From: Lama guanicoe
Taxonomy: Eukaryota
Reading direction: 5' to 3'
Length of the DNA stretch: 64,000 nucleotides
Assembly (NCBI GenBank): GCA_013239625.1
Contig: MU053645.1
Span: 860,274-924,273, forward strand
Shown: positions 36,134 to 48,010 of the stretch, one piece after another
How the letters are laid out: the number at the start of each line of letters is the position of its first letter
Position numbering within the stretch: the stretch's first letter is position 1
The notes under the pieces: model-generated
What the model saw: the letters and a program-made list of their open reading frames with translations, nothing else
Told to the model about the DNA's origin: nothing
Databases searched by the model: none
Program-made: the position numbers and the translations under genes

Positions 36134-36716
36134 AGCTCTAGTGTCCAATGACTTAGTATTTCCTATTCTAAAGCCAATATCTGTATTGCAGATTTTTGTC
36201 AGAGATCACGTCTAGTGAGTTAGTAACAGAAGAGAATCAGAAGTCAGATGACCCAGAAACTGTTAACCTCAAAGACCACTCATGGGAAAATCACTAGGTA
36301 TACCTTTGAGACCAGGCTGTCTTTACAATGAGCTCCAGGCCATCTCAGGTGAAGGGTTGCTCCCATTGGAGAAGAAAGCTAGTGTGTGGTCAGGAAGCCA
36401 GTGCAAGAGTATGTACTTCAGGTTAGCTGCAGAAGGTATAGTTCTCACGCTTTTATAAAAGTAAAAGTTTTTATCTTAAAATCACCTGCAGTTCCCAAAG
36501 TAGCTAATTTATATAAGACACACAAACACAGTTGGGGAGCAAAACTGAGCTTTCAACCAGCAAGGGCAACTGCCACTAAAGAAGAGCTGAACAGTTCCCT
36601 TAAGTATCTAGGGCCAGCTGGATGCAAAGCTCTTACAGTTCATATTAAAGAAAACAAAAGAATTTTTACATTCCGGGAGCCAGACTCATGCATGGCTAGT
36701 TAGAAATGGGAGTTGA

Positions 36717-36835
36717 GAGAAAAAAATGTGACAATGAATATATATATGTTCATGTATAACTGAAAAATTGTGCTCTACACTGGAATTTGACACATTGTAA
36801 AATGATTATAAATCAATAAAAAATTAAAAAAAAAA
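36717..36835 (+). mobile_element. Young, extremely 5'-truncated L1 (119 bp) with perfect 15-bp TSD
   Basis: TSD agaaatgggagttga at 36702-36716 and 36836-36850. L1 terminus with aataaa and A-tail. Target TT/AGAA fits the L1 endonuclease preference. Confidence 0.95.
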
Positions 36836-37599
36836 AGAAATGGGAGTTGAAATCCATAAGATTCCAAGGTGTACCCGGGAGAGAGAAGTGGTTTTGGAAG
36901 TGGGGAATACGCAAAGGTATAGCAGCAAATGTTTCAGTGCATAGTGTTGAGGTTGGAAGAACTCTCCTACCTGAAACAGTAGCTCTCTTCCTGTCACCTG
37001 GAGGCTATCCTCAATTTTTAAATTGTCCATCAACTGATTTAGCCCTAGAAGAATCATTCAGATTTGTACTCAATAGGCTTTAGGAGAAGTTGAGGTAATC
37101 TCTGAGGCTTGGCATGCCTGTGTCTATAGACCTTGTAAGGAAAGTGTCCTGAAGGACTTCTTTCTCACTAAATTGCCATGAGTTGTGTTGAGTAAAAACC
37201 ACCCTGCCACCTTGGCCACAGATGATTGAGCTGGGACTTTGTGCATGAACACAGAAGGAAGACTGAGGATATCTGCATCATTTTCACTGCATCGCCTTGG
37301 CTTTGAGTGGCATGCACCTCACCAAGGAGAATGAGAAGCCTAGAGGTTATCCATTTGGGTGCCCAACTAGGGCAAACTATCTTCCCCAGGTCGAGAGTTA
37401 ATTATTCTTTCTCTTCCATCTCTTCTTTTCCTCACCTCACCTTACCCTCTCCCCTCCCTTTACTTTTTTAATAAGACAGAATGCAGCAAAATCTGATAAT
37501 GAACAACAAATACTTAAGAGGTAACAACCATTAATGACTTTTTTCAAAACACTTTCTGGGATATTAACTATTACTGTTTTTCTTAAAGCTAAGACGCTA

Positions 37600-37815
37600 G
37601 TATAGACTAGTAGCAGTTAAGAGATTGGGCATTAGGAATTAAACAAGAGAGAGTGCTCTTACTCGCTGTGGGACCTTAGACAAATCATTTAATCTTCCTA
37701 AGTCTCAATTTCATCATCTGTAAAAGTGAGGATTAAATGAAGTACTGGATGTAAAATGCTCGAAGAGTGTCTGGGGCACAATAACACAGTCATTATACTC
37801 AACAATGGCTATTGT
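37600..37815 (+). mobile_element. MIR SINE
   Basis: gctgtgggaccttagacaaatcatttaatcttcctaagtctcaatttcatcatctgtaaaa...gaggattaaatga. Confidence 0.85.
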
Positions 37816-39849
37816 TTTCATTGTTACACGATGATTCCTCCTACTGCCATTACTACAACTAATAATACTCTTGACAGACAGCAGGAGTCTGATGAAACGG
37901 ACTCAGAACAAGTAAGTTTTGCGGAGTCAGAGTAGGGGACAAACAAGGAATGCAGACTTGTCTGGGGCATCATCCTAGCGGATGGTGGGCAATGGGGAGG
38001 ACCACTGGGCATATTAAGAGTTGGGCAGGGTTGGAGAAGAAGCAGGCAGAGACTAAGAACAATGGGGAGCCACTTCACTCGCCTTATAATTTAGCTTGTC
38101 TGTGCATTTGTTGGAAATCTTTGCATACACATTTCGATAGGTTTCAGCTGCTTTTGCTAGAATGAAAAAGTTTTGGAGTTGAGGATGGGAATAACAAGGG
38201 ACACTTAAACACCCCAAAATGAGGTGGTGTCTAATCAGGTGTATAGAAAGAGTATCATGGCTGAAAATAGGTAGGAGGAGTTCAGAACACTCCTTCCATT
38301 TAAGAAAGAAAACACTGGTAATCTGCTTGCATGAAAATCAATTTTAGTGGCTCCTTATTATACTTTTATGGTCTACAAAGTTCCATCCTTTTCGTGCTGC
38401 AGAGTGAATGGTATGTAATTCTATGCCAATGATAAAATTTCCTTTGGAAGTGAAGGTTTTAACTTTTTAATAAGAATTATTTCGCTAGATTCTTCATCCA
38501 GTATTCAAACTGTTTAATTTGTAAGGTCATATCTCTCTTAAATGACACTAATCAGGCTCAGCTATTTTCATTATTAACATACAACAATGCTAATCTAGTG
38601 TGACTTGACTCTTCAGCCATACTATTAAGCTTTTTCTTTACCCTGAAGCAGAATTTAATATTAGCAATAAAATATAACATTTTTGTATTATCTACTTACT
38701 TTCCTGATGTTACATTCATTGGAGATTAACTGGTGTTAGTAAGTGGATCTCTATTTAGAAATACACATTTAGTTCTGGTGTTTTCAGGGGACTGTTCTAA
38801 TCCCACCATCACATGTAGAGTGGCACTAAAGGTGAAATTTCTAATAAGAAAAAAACAAAACAATTAAATAAAATAAAAGGCAGCATAACCTAGAGCCTTC
38901 TCTAGGTTTTCCTCATTCTAGATATATTATTATAATAAGTCCTCATTAACGTGGACCTCATAAACTCAAGTTTTGTGATGATTTGAACACAGGGAGGACT
39001 CAAGCTGACCTTGTATTATCTATGAAGAAAGGCTTTGCTAAGCAAATTAACGGTATAAACAGAAATGCTAGAGTAATATTCAAACTACTTAATAGACTAA
39101 ACTGTGCTTTCAAATACTTTAATTCCATCCCATTATCACAGTGATTACAATTACAAATGAATCTTATCGTTCATTAAAGCAGGCCCAGCATGATTCTTAC
39201 TCATCACAAACTACCCAGCATTCCTTTTCACATATTCTACTATTTAGATTCATCACCAGTTCAGACTGGTCTCTCCTACAATTAGCCTGACTTAATAGTG
39301 ATTGACCATTTGGACTGATGTTACAATTTACACAGTGTTCTTTCCTGGAAGAGCTTCATAAACCTTCTTATGTTAAAGTCTGACACTTCCCTTTAAACAG
39401 ACTGGCATTTCCAGTAGATCTTAGAGAAAGAATCATGCAATGGAGTATGTTACAAGCATGTGTTTCAAAGGTGTTACAAAAATGTATTACTCCAAAAGAA
39501 CTGTGGCAAGGTTCATAAACCATATAGTCAGAAATGCCTACATTTCTTTCAGAGCTATGAAATGAATGGAGATTGAAGAATACAAAAGCAGCCCCAGCAC
39601 TGAATCTCAAGGAAATAGGCTTTAAATATTTTCTTTCCCCGAATGTTTTATGACACCATGTAATTGGGGGTGAGGCTATGTGGAGAGAGGGGCCAGTAAA
39701 GATATTAGATACTTCATGAAATCTAAAGTCAGAACACTTCCAGTATATCAAAGAAACAGTCTCCTCTGCAGGTACTGACTCTAAAACAAAAAACAAAACA
39801 AAACAAAACTTTGAAGTTTTGGATCTATATGGATATGGATCTATATGTC

Positions 39850-40325
39850 TTAGGTATGCAAGAGATTTGGTAGATGTTTCTAATTAATTATCACAGCAAC
39901 CCTGTAGGAAGAGTTTTCATTATCCTGCTTGGATAAAGTAAACACCTGAAGCACACAGGATTTGAGAAACTGTGTTTCTCAAAGTCCCCAAGGGTGTTGC
40001 AGAGTTGAGATCAGAACCTAAGTCACCAGCATCTGCATTCCCTGGTTGGTGGTGATGATGTGTGAGCTACTGCAGTTGCTGCTGTTAAGAGAAGTGAAAA
40101 AGGCAGTAGCATCATACCTCGTGCTCACCTTTAAGTACTTAATGTGCACTTTTCACTGAATCTTCATGATACAATGAGGTAGGAGGTAGGTACGATCATC
40201 ACCTCCATTTTATAGATGAGGAAACTGACACAGAAAGAGGGTAGACAACCTTCCCAAGGTCACACAAGTAGTGAGCATTAGAACTGGGTCTTGACCCACA
40301 GTCTGACTATAAATCCTAGGTATTA
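39850..40325 (-). mobile_element. Two MIR copies (~39850-40030, ~40120-40325)
   Basis: tcacagcaaccctgtaggaagagttttcattatcc; catcacctccattttatagatgaggaaactgacacaga...ttcccaaggtcacaca. Confidence 0.85.
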
Positions 40326-40639
40326 AGAAGTTCATCTCCAACAAACCAAGCTTCTCCCTGCCTTCAGCCTTATACTCAGTGTGGTAGTTCAGGAGACTCC
40401 CTTGCCTCCCTTGAGGTAAATCCTCAGTTATCTCAGCTGGCTACAATTCTGTGCTAATAAGGTCTGGCCCACAAAGACCAATGTGCATGTTTAATTTTAA
40501 TCTGCTTTAACTCATTTCATTTTAATCTGTTTCATGGCTCTCATGCCCAACTATAGGAAGTTATCACCCAAAGGCAAATAAACCTTGTTCATAAGGAGGA
40601 TGGAAGAGGGGAAAGTACATTGCACTATTTTAAAGTGGG

Positions 40640-41000
40640 TATCCCATTGACGATGAGAAAGAATGAATTATAAGATTTTATACATTTGATAACCAAGAAT
40701 CAAAGAGACTAAGTGACTTACCCAGCATCACACAGTCAAGGATTCCAGGAAGTGGCAGGATCAAGATTTGAACCAAGTTTTATCTATGCCAAAGCTCTTG
40801 CCATTTAAAGTTCACCACATGGTTCTCCACATGCTTAAGCTCAGGGAGGTACTTCCTGGAGCTAGATTGTTTAGGTTTGAATCCACACTCTAACGCCTTC
40901 TGTCTTGGATAAGGTACCTAATCTCTCCATGACTCATTTGCTATATCTGCTAATAGAACCTCTCTCCTGAGGTTGTGAAGATTAAGTGAGATAATGAATC
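40640..41000. mobile_element. Head-to-head MIR fragments (~40640-40815 minus, ~40850-41000 plus)
   Basis: agagactaagtgacttacccagcatcacacag...ggatcaagatttgaacc; ggagctagattgtttaggtttgaatcc...gaggttgtgaagattaagtgagataat. Confidence 0.75.
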
Positions 41001-41102
41001 TCCAAGAAAACACTGGTACCCCAGTAACCAGAGGTATATACTCACACTGTTGTTTCTTTCTTGCCTTAGTTCCTACTTCCTGCTATTTGGATTTTCACTG
41101 CC

Positions 41103-41301
41103 TAGTAACAGCCAATGGCCACATGTGGTTATTAACATTTAAGTTTAAGCTAATTAAAATTACTGAAAATTAAAAACTCAGTTCCTCATTCACCCTAGTC
41201 ATATTTCAAGTAATCAATAGCCACATGTTGCTAATAGCTACTATATTTGGTAGTAGACTTTTATAACATTTTTCCACATTGCAGAAAGTTTCATTGGACA
41301 C
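41103..41301 (-). mobile_element. MER3-like hAT-Charlie MITE
   Basis: ggccacatgtggttatt...ctcagttcctca...atttcaagtaatcaatagccacatg...gcagaaagtttcattggaca is the reverse complement of MER3. Confidence 0.85.
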
Positions 41302-41323
41302 AAATTAAAATCACATAGGTTTA

Positions 41324-41947
41324 ATTCAGCAATCCCACTCCTGAGCATATATCCAGAGGGAACCTTAATTCAAAAAAGACACCTGCACCCCAATGTTCAT
41401 ATCAGCACTATTTACAATAGCCAAAACATGGAAATAACCTAAATGCCTATCGATAGATGACTGAATAAAGAAGCTGTGGTATATTTATACAAAGGAATAC
41501 TACTCAGCTATAAAAAATAACAAAACAATGCCATTTGCAGCAACATGGATGGCCCTGGAGAATGTCATTCTAAGTGAAGTAAGCCAGAAAGAAAGAAAAA
41601 TACCACATGAGATCACTTATATGTGGAATCTTAAAAAAAATGACAAATGAACTTATATGTAAAACAGAAACAGACTCACATAGAATACAGACTTGTGGTT
41701 GCCATGGGAGAGGGGGGTGGGAAGGGATAAACTGGGAGTTCGAGATTTGCAGATACTGACTGGTATATATAAAATAGATACATAAGTTTATACTGTATAG
41801 CACAGGGAAATATATTCAATATCTTGTAGTAGCTAATGGTGAAAAAGAATATGAAAATGAATATATGTATATCCATGTATGACTAAAGCATTATGCTGTA
41901 CACCAGAAGGTGACACAACATTGTAAACTGACTAGACTTCAATAAAA
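41324..41947 (+). mobile_element. L1 3' end (624 bp) with perfect 17-bp TSD
   Basis: TSD aaaatcacataggttta at 41307-41323 and 41948-41964; target TT/AAAA; ORF2 C-terminal motifs (atgccatttgcagcaacatggatg) and 3'UTR. Confidence 0.97.
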
Positions 41948-43404
41948 AAAATCACATAGGTTTATATATACATGTATATGTAAATACACAGACAACTGGA
42001 AAGATGCAAATGAGACCACTGAAGATGGGCTAGGTGGTTAAGGAGTATCTTCATGTTTTGTTCTGTATGCTTTCACATTGTTTGAAAGGTGTTTATATTC
42101 ATTAATAATTTTGAATTCTAAGAAAACACAAAACTCTTTAAAAGTAAGCAAATTTGGGGGGAAAAATGGTTGCTTTCAGATCTTAAGCAAACCAGAAAAG
42201 CCTGAAGGGGTGAGGGTAGGTGCCCTTCCTGGTAGAGGTTATTCACCTACGGACTCTCCTTGGCTGTTTCATCAGTGTCTGGCACACAGTAAATATTTGC
42301 TGGCAAATATAGTATTAATTAGAAAATGGCTCTGCTAGGGCCAGGGGCAGAGCAGTGGATTTTTTTCTTTTTGCACAAATAATAAGGAGCCTTTGTGAGA
42401 TAATATTTTCCAAGGAGCAAAACAGTCCCTTCAGCCTGGTCTTACCCAGCCCTAGAGATTCCCAAGTCACATTTAGAGCATCTCTTGAAATATCAGGCAA
42501 CAAGCACAACAGGAGAATCACAAGACACCCTATGCCCAGCAAAAGAAGTTATGGCGCGCCCTTCGTCACTCAGGCAAGGGGCCAAGGAGCAGGGGCTAGC
42601 CATGCTGACTCGTTTGATACCATAGAGAGAATGTCCTGAATTATTCCATGGCTCCACACCAAAAGGTTGATGAAGTAAAGCAAGAAACAGAAAATCAATT
42701 CCAATGAGGAAAATAGCTTTTAAGTTTTAGATTAAAGGAGAAAGGCTGATAATGAAAAGGCTCTGACAATTTTGGAAGACAAAAATAATTATCACCAAAA
42801 CTCTCAAGCCTCCCCTACTTCCTAACCACTGCCTCCACTTGCTCTCTCTTGGGCTTCTTTCCCTAGGAGGAAGTTCTCACCTTCTTCTAACGAGGGACAG
42901 ATCAAGGAGCAACTTGGCTACGAGCACAAACAGGCTCAGTAGTGATTGCCACATTAAGGCTTTGCAGAAACCTTTTCTTCTGATCTTAACAAATTTTAAA
43001 AGATGGTAAAACCAGAAGTGGCATCAAAAATCTCAACATGAAAGCTTTAAAATGCAGAAGGAATAATTTCTTGCATCCTATCAACTATTTTGCATGTTTT
43101 ATAGCATCCCTAATCCTCAGGAATTTAAAGAATTGAATGCACTGCCTCTTTAGAACTCTGGTGTAATTGAATGTTAGCCTAACACTTCTTCTGGTGCAAT
43201 CAATTACTGAGCATGATGTTACCTGACAACACCTAATGCAAGTTGACAGATTCATTTCTGCCCACCACAGAGCACTGCATTCTGTCTAACTGACGCTCAG
43301 AGATCCCAGAAGTTAGACAGGAACACATTATTACTTTGAAGAAGTAGAAGTCATGAACTTCCTGTCACAGTGGCTGTGAACAATGCTAATATGGGTAGAG
43401 ACTT

Positions 43405-43530
43405 TGGAGAGATCATTCAAAGCAAACCCACCCATTTTACAGTTGAAGAAACTAAGGCTGTGAGAGGGAAGAAGACACAGAATTCACTCATCTCAGCTAA
43501 GACTAGAACCCAGGTCTTTTTATACCTAGA
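43405..43530 (-). mobile_element. MIR/MIR3 fragment
   Basis: agagatcattcaaagcaaacccacccattttacagttgaagaaactaaggct...gactagaacccaggtct. Confidence 0.75.
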
Positions 43531-43813
43531 TTACTCACTGACCTAACTTACTAATAAAACACTTTCAAAAGGTCAGCACAGCAAAATGGATTAGCAAACA
43601 CAGAAGAACGAATTTATGGACTAGTTTCTGAAGTTATTGTTGCTGGATTTGGTCATAACATTGATATTATTGAATTCCGCTTTAAGGTCATCAAGAAGGC
43701 TAGGGTTTTTCTTGATTTATAAAAATGCAAGAAGCGAAGACTACAGTCTTCTACATTGAAATGACAGTAGCAAACATCCACATACTACAATGTGCTTGAC
43801 TTTTGTCCTGTTT

Positions 43814-43849
43814 TTCCCTTCCCTTCCCTTCCCTTCCCTTCCCTTCCCC
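43814..43849. repeat. (CCCTT)n polypyrimidine pentanucleotide repeat
   Basis: About 7 units, read directly. Confidence 0.95.
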
Positions 43850-44129
43850 TGGAATAAAGTTCCAAGGGAGAGCCTATTCTTCAGCTATTCATCTTCTTTC
43901 AGGAGGGAGTAAATTGATCCATGTACTCCTTAATATTCATAAACCAGATCCAGGTATCTTCTCTCACTGTGGTTAACATCATAAGTTATTATCATATATA
44001 TAGTTATTTTATAATGTTCACAGGACTTTGATATACAGTTAGCTTAAGAATAATTAATACACTTCTATGAGATACAATTTTGTGCCTTTCTACTTATGAT
44101 AGAAGATTACTGGTAGGATTTTGAACAAA

Positions 44130-44282
44130 CTAAGGATCTTTCTTTGCCTTGATCTGCAAAATGGGGTAGTGATAATAGTAGCTACATCATAGGGTTGATT
44201 GGACACTGTTAAATGAGTTAGTATTTCAAAAAACTTGGAACAATGCTTGGTAAATAGTATGTGTTAAATAAGTCTGTTATAA
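44130..44282 (+). mobile_element. MIR fragment
   Basis: atctgcaaaatggggtagtgataatagtagctacatcatagggttg...ttaaatgagttagta. Confidence 0.8.
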
Positions 44283-44329
44283 AATAAAGCATCTACAATG
44301 ACATCAAACTCCAGACCAAATTTACACAT

Positions 44330-44580
44330 CTGGGTTTTTTTCATGTTGGCTTTACATCAGAATGTCCTTTGGAGCATTTAAAAATGCAGATGCTCATGCC
44401 CTACTCCAGATTCTATGAAATCTGCTCCTCCAGTAGAGAGAAAATTTGGGCAGAAAGGGTCTCTGTATGCTTGTGTGTGTGTATGTGTGTGCACGAGCAC
44501 ATGCATGTATATGTCTGACTGTGTATATATGAAGCCTGTATTTAAAAATTTCCTAGATACCCCTGTTAAGAACCATTGCT
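44330..44580. mobile_element. MER5-like hAT element with internal (TG)-rich repeat
   Basis: ttggctttacatcagaat...tttaaaaatgcagatgctcatgccctactccaga ... ttaagaaccattg followed by ctctaga. Confidence 0.6.
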
Positions 44581-47500
44581 CTAGACACTGGTGACTATGT
44601 GAGGCAATTTCTAACTTTCTATGGATTGCTGAAACCTAAACGTACCAAACTGGTACTTCTTTTTAATCCATCAGCACCAATGAATCTTTCCAACTTACCC
44701 CAAATGCAAAATTATTGATGCACTCTCCTGACACCACTTCTGGTCTAGAAGATGGTTTAAATATGATCTATATTTTAAGAAATAGTATATTAACTCAGAT
44801 AGCATTTCAAAGAGGATTCTGGGAAGGGAGAGCTTTGGTGTATCATTTAGAACTCTATTCCGTCCTCTGCATTGGCTTTTGAGAAAAGTTTACTGTAATA
44901 TTCTGGGGCTATTTTTAGACCCTGCCCTAATTTGCCTTCTTTGCACTGAAGCATATTTAATAAAAGCTAATTAAAAGTGTGCTTTGAAGGGGAAAAGAGA
45001 GCCATGATATTAAAGGAAAGGCTGCCCGCCATCATAACACTGATCATTTGAGTATATAGACTTGAGATTTCCCAAGATCCCCCCATCAGCCACATTGGTA
45101 TTTATTAAACCCATGTTGGTCCTTGTTGAGTTTCACAACCCTGAGATAATCAGTCAAAAATTTCCATGGGGCTAGTTAGTCCAGGCATTTATGTCACTGA
45201 CAAAATCTACTTGCTCTGTCCCTTACAATCATCATTTTTTTCAGTCAAAATGTCAGCAGCTGCTCCTAGGACACATTTGAGTTTAGTCAGTATCACAGTT
45301 GGTACTAGTAGATTTTGCTTCAGGGAACTGTTACTCAGGAAATCGAGCATAATTTTGGATATAAAGCAGTTAAAAATTAATAGGCAGCAAGGGGTTGGTG
45401 TGGTAAGGAGTCAAGATTGTTAGGGAAACTGATGAAGACATCTTCTGAGACCAGAACAAAAGCTCACTGCAGTACTGGGGGAAGCAAAGAAGAGAAGAAC
45501 CTTCAGAGAGGGAATTTTTGCCATCAGTGTTCAGTAGAAAGCCTTGCAGGTTTCTGTGCCAATGCATTCCAGCCTGCCGCCTATTCAAAGTCTTCACACC
45601 TCTCTTCATCTGTCTTCCCTGTATCTCCCACCACCAGTAACTTGCAGTATTCAGCTAATTCTAAACTCCCTTTCACCCGCTGTGTAAAACCAACACTAAT
45701 CTGAAAATCACCTCGGGAAACTTGCCTCCAGAGTTGGGAAGCAAAGGATGGGGGTAGGAGAAGGAGACACAAACACACAGATTAACCTAAAAAGAATCAG
45801 CTCCAAACAGCCAGGTATTCTATCATGGGTACCAAATTTAATACAACTCCTGCCTAAGGGAACATTCTAAGCAGTAGGTCTTAATCACTGCAACTTGTAA
45901 AACAACAATTAAATTAAAACAAAGTACAGGGAAAAAAAGTTCCTTCAAATAACAAGGGCAACATGACCCCACTGCCAGTATTTTATGTAAAAGGGATAGC
46001 TTCTGTGTATGTGAACACTGGAAGTCCTCTATAATTTCTGCAGTGTCCTTCGGACTCATCAGTTCCAGCTCTTCTCCAAGTCGGCCAGTAGGTTACTCTC
46101 TTGAGGCCGTATTCCCAGTCTTTGATTTTTCTCAGAATAGCTTTAGTCCTGACTCTTTACTCCTCCATACCTTGCCCACTTCTTATGCTAGCAAGGAACA
46201 GAAAGGAATGCCTAACCAAAGTGTGAAACTAGTATTTTGAAGAAACTAGTATTATGAGTGTGACAGAAATAAATAAATAATCATATAAGCAAGAGCTCAG
46301 GTCACAAACCACCCAGGAGCCATTGTTATAACCACCAGTTTTCATCAAACTCCATTAGAGATGTTCTATTATATGTCAAAATAGAAACCAACAGTATTGT
46401 CTCCAAGTATGTGTCATTTGAACCCTCAGACCCTTACCTTTCTAGTTGACCTTTCTATGATTTGAATTGGACTTGATGCCCTTTAGGGGCCAGTCTTTCC
46501 ATTACCAGCAAGTTTTGGTTTGGTTTCATTTTTTTTAGATCAAATATAATCACTATATTGAGCTGCCTGTTTAATCTTCATAGCTTTGTTTCCAGAAAAC
46601 TGTATTGCACAGAATATGAAATCCTCTAAGTCATTTCAAATGCTTCCCTCACTTACAGTTTAAGTACATATGGCCAGTAGGTTTTAGAAACTCAGGTTTG
46701 CATCCCCTTTGACTCAAAGGGAAGTGACTGACAGGTGACTGATGGGGGAAAATTCATATATATTTAGTAGCCACTCAGACCAGGTAGCTCCAAGATTTTG
46801 TCAGGAGGTTTGAAGCAGAACATTAACACTTTCCTTAAAATAAACTGAAGGTTTCTCAGGATTTAGTTGCAATGGGCTTGGTAAGAATATAATGAAGATA
46901 AACAGAGCCTGTTCCTTGATTAGATGCTTTGGCACAGAGCTCAAAGATGGAAACATGAAGTCCTCAAAGACCAGCCCTGGATTCTGCTGGCCAAAGGACC
47001 TAGCTTGTATGCTACTGATGGAGGTGAGAGCCTATGACCATCACTTACCATTGGGTGAACCATCAACATCGAGGCTGATGTTAAATCAGATTCTTCTTTA
47101 CTCAGTGAAGAAGCAGAAAGCAACCTCTGCCAACACAAAGAGCATTTTCAGCACCTCCGTTTTTTCGGTCAGATCAACAGACTGTCATGGAGTATGTCCC
47201 TAGCATGCACATTTGCATTTACCTCTGAAGCAGACAACTGTTGATAATTATCTACCAACATTTTACAAACCTTTTTGCTCTTGGTTGTCAGGATTTCACT
47301 TGGAGATAAAATGCACTTGAATTTACTCTTGCATTTTTAAGGTTTGAAGTAATTAGGCAGAGAACTGCCTATGCGATTACCCTTATTAAAATATTTGGCT
47401 TTCATCATGGAAACCGACATGGCAGCTCCCTCACTTGGTGCTGAGATATGTTCCTATTTAAGAGAAAATCATTTGTTTAGTCTGTCAGCGCTTCCTTTCT

Positions 47501-47914
47501 GTGGGCACACCTTCTCCACTTTGTCAATGTCATCATCCTAATTCAGTTAATCCTAACTTACACATTTGGTCTTTTGTTTTGTTTTGCTTTAGAGCAAAGG
47601 AAAAAAATCTGCAAAATGGCTCTTTATTTCACAAGCTGCCTTTCTGCCTATATATTCAGTCAATAAATTTCACTGCATCTCTACTATATATGTCTCAATA
47701 TGAAAGACGTTAGTCATCAAAGATTTGGCCAATTTTCTCCTACTGACAGTAGAGGGAGTGAAAGGGAGAAGTAAGTTACCAAATACATTCAAATAACATA
47801 CTGTTTCATCTTGGTTAAAATTTGTTGGAGGGATCTAATTTAAGATAAGTACAAATCAGACCCTGAAAGTGCAACCTATTAGTCAAAAATAATCCTGCTT
47901 CCTGTTCCATTGCT

Positions 47915-48010
47915 TAGATCATTAGTCATTTATGAAGGCTCTACTATGTGCTAGACGCTGTGTCCTGTACTAGAGGTGCAATGATGAAAAGCCCCAGTTC
48001 CTTCCCCACA
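47915..48010 (-). mobile_element. LINE-2 3' end fragment
   Basis: catttatgaaggctctactatgtgctagacgctgtgtcctgtactagaggtgcaatgatgaa. Confidence 0.65.

Noticed and set aside
37889..37899. CTGATGAAAC, hammerhead-like words
   Set aside because: There is no stem II between CUGAUGA and GAAA, so it cannot form the core.
42551..42570. GGCGCGCC / CpG cluster as a possible promoter
   Set aside because: Only a few CpGs; I see no CpG island anywhere in the window.
43282..43320. Perfect 10-bp inverted repeat CTGTCTAACT / AGTTAGACAG with a 19-nt spacer
   Set aside because: Roughly one such repeat is expected by chance in 64 kb; no other support.
45370..45778. Overlapping ORFs and a minus-strand acceptor near 45701
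   Set aside because: No recognisable protein, and stops occur before any convincing donor.
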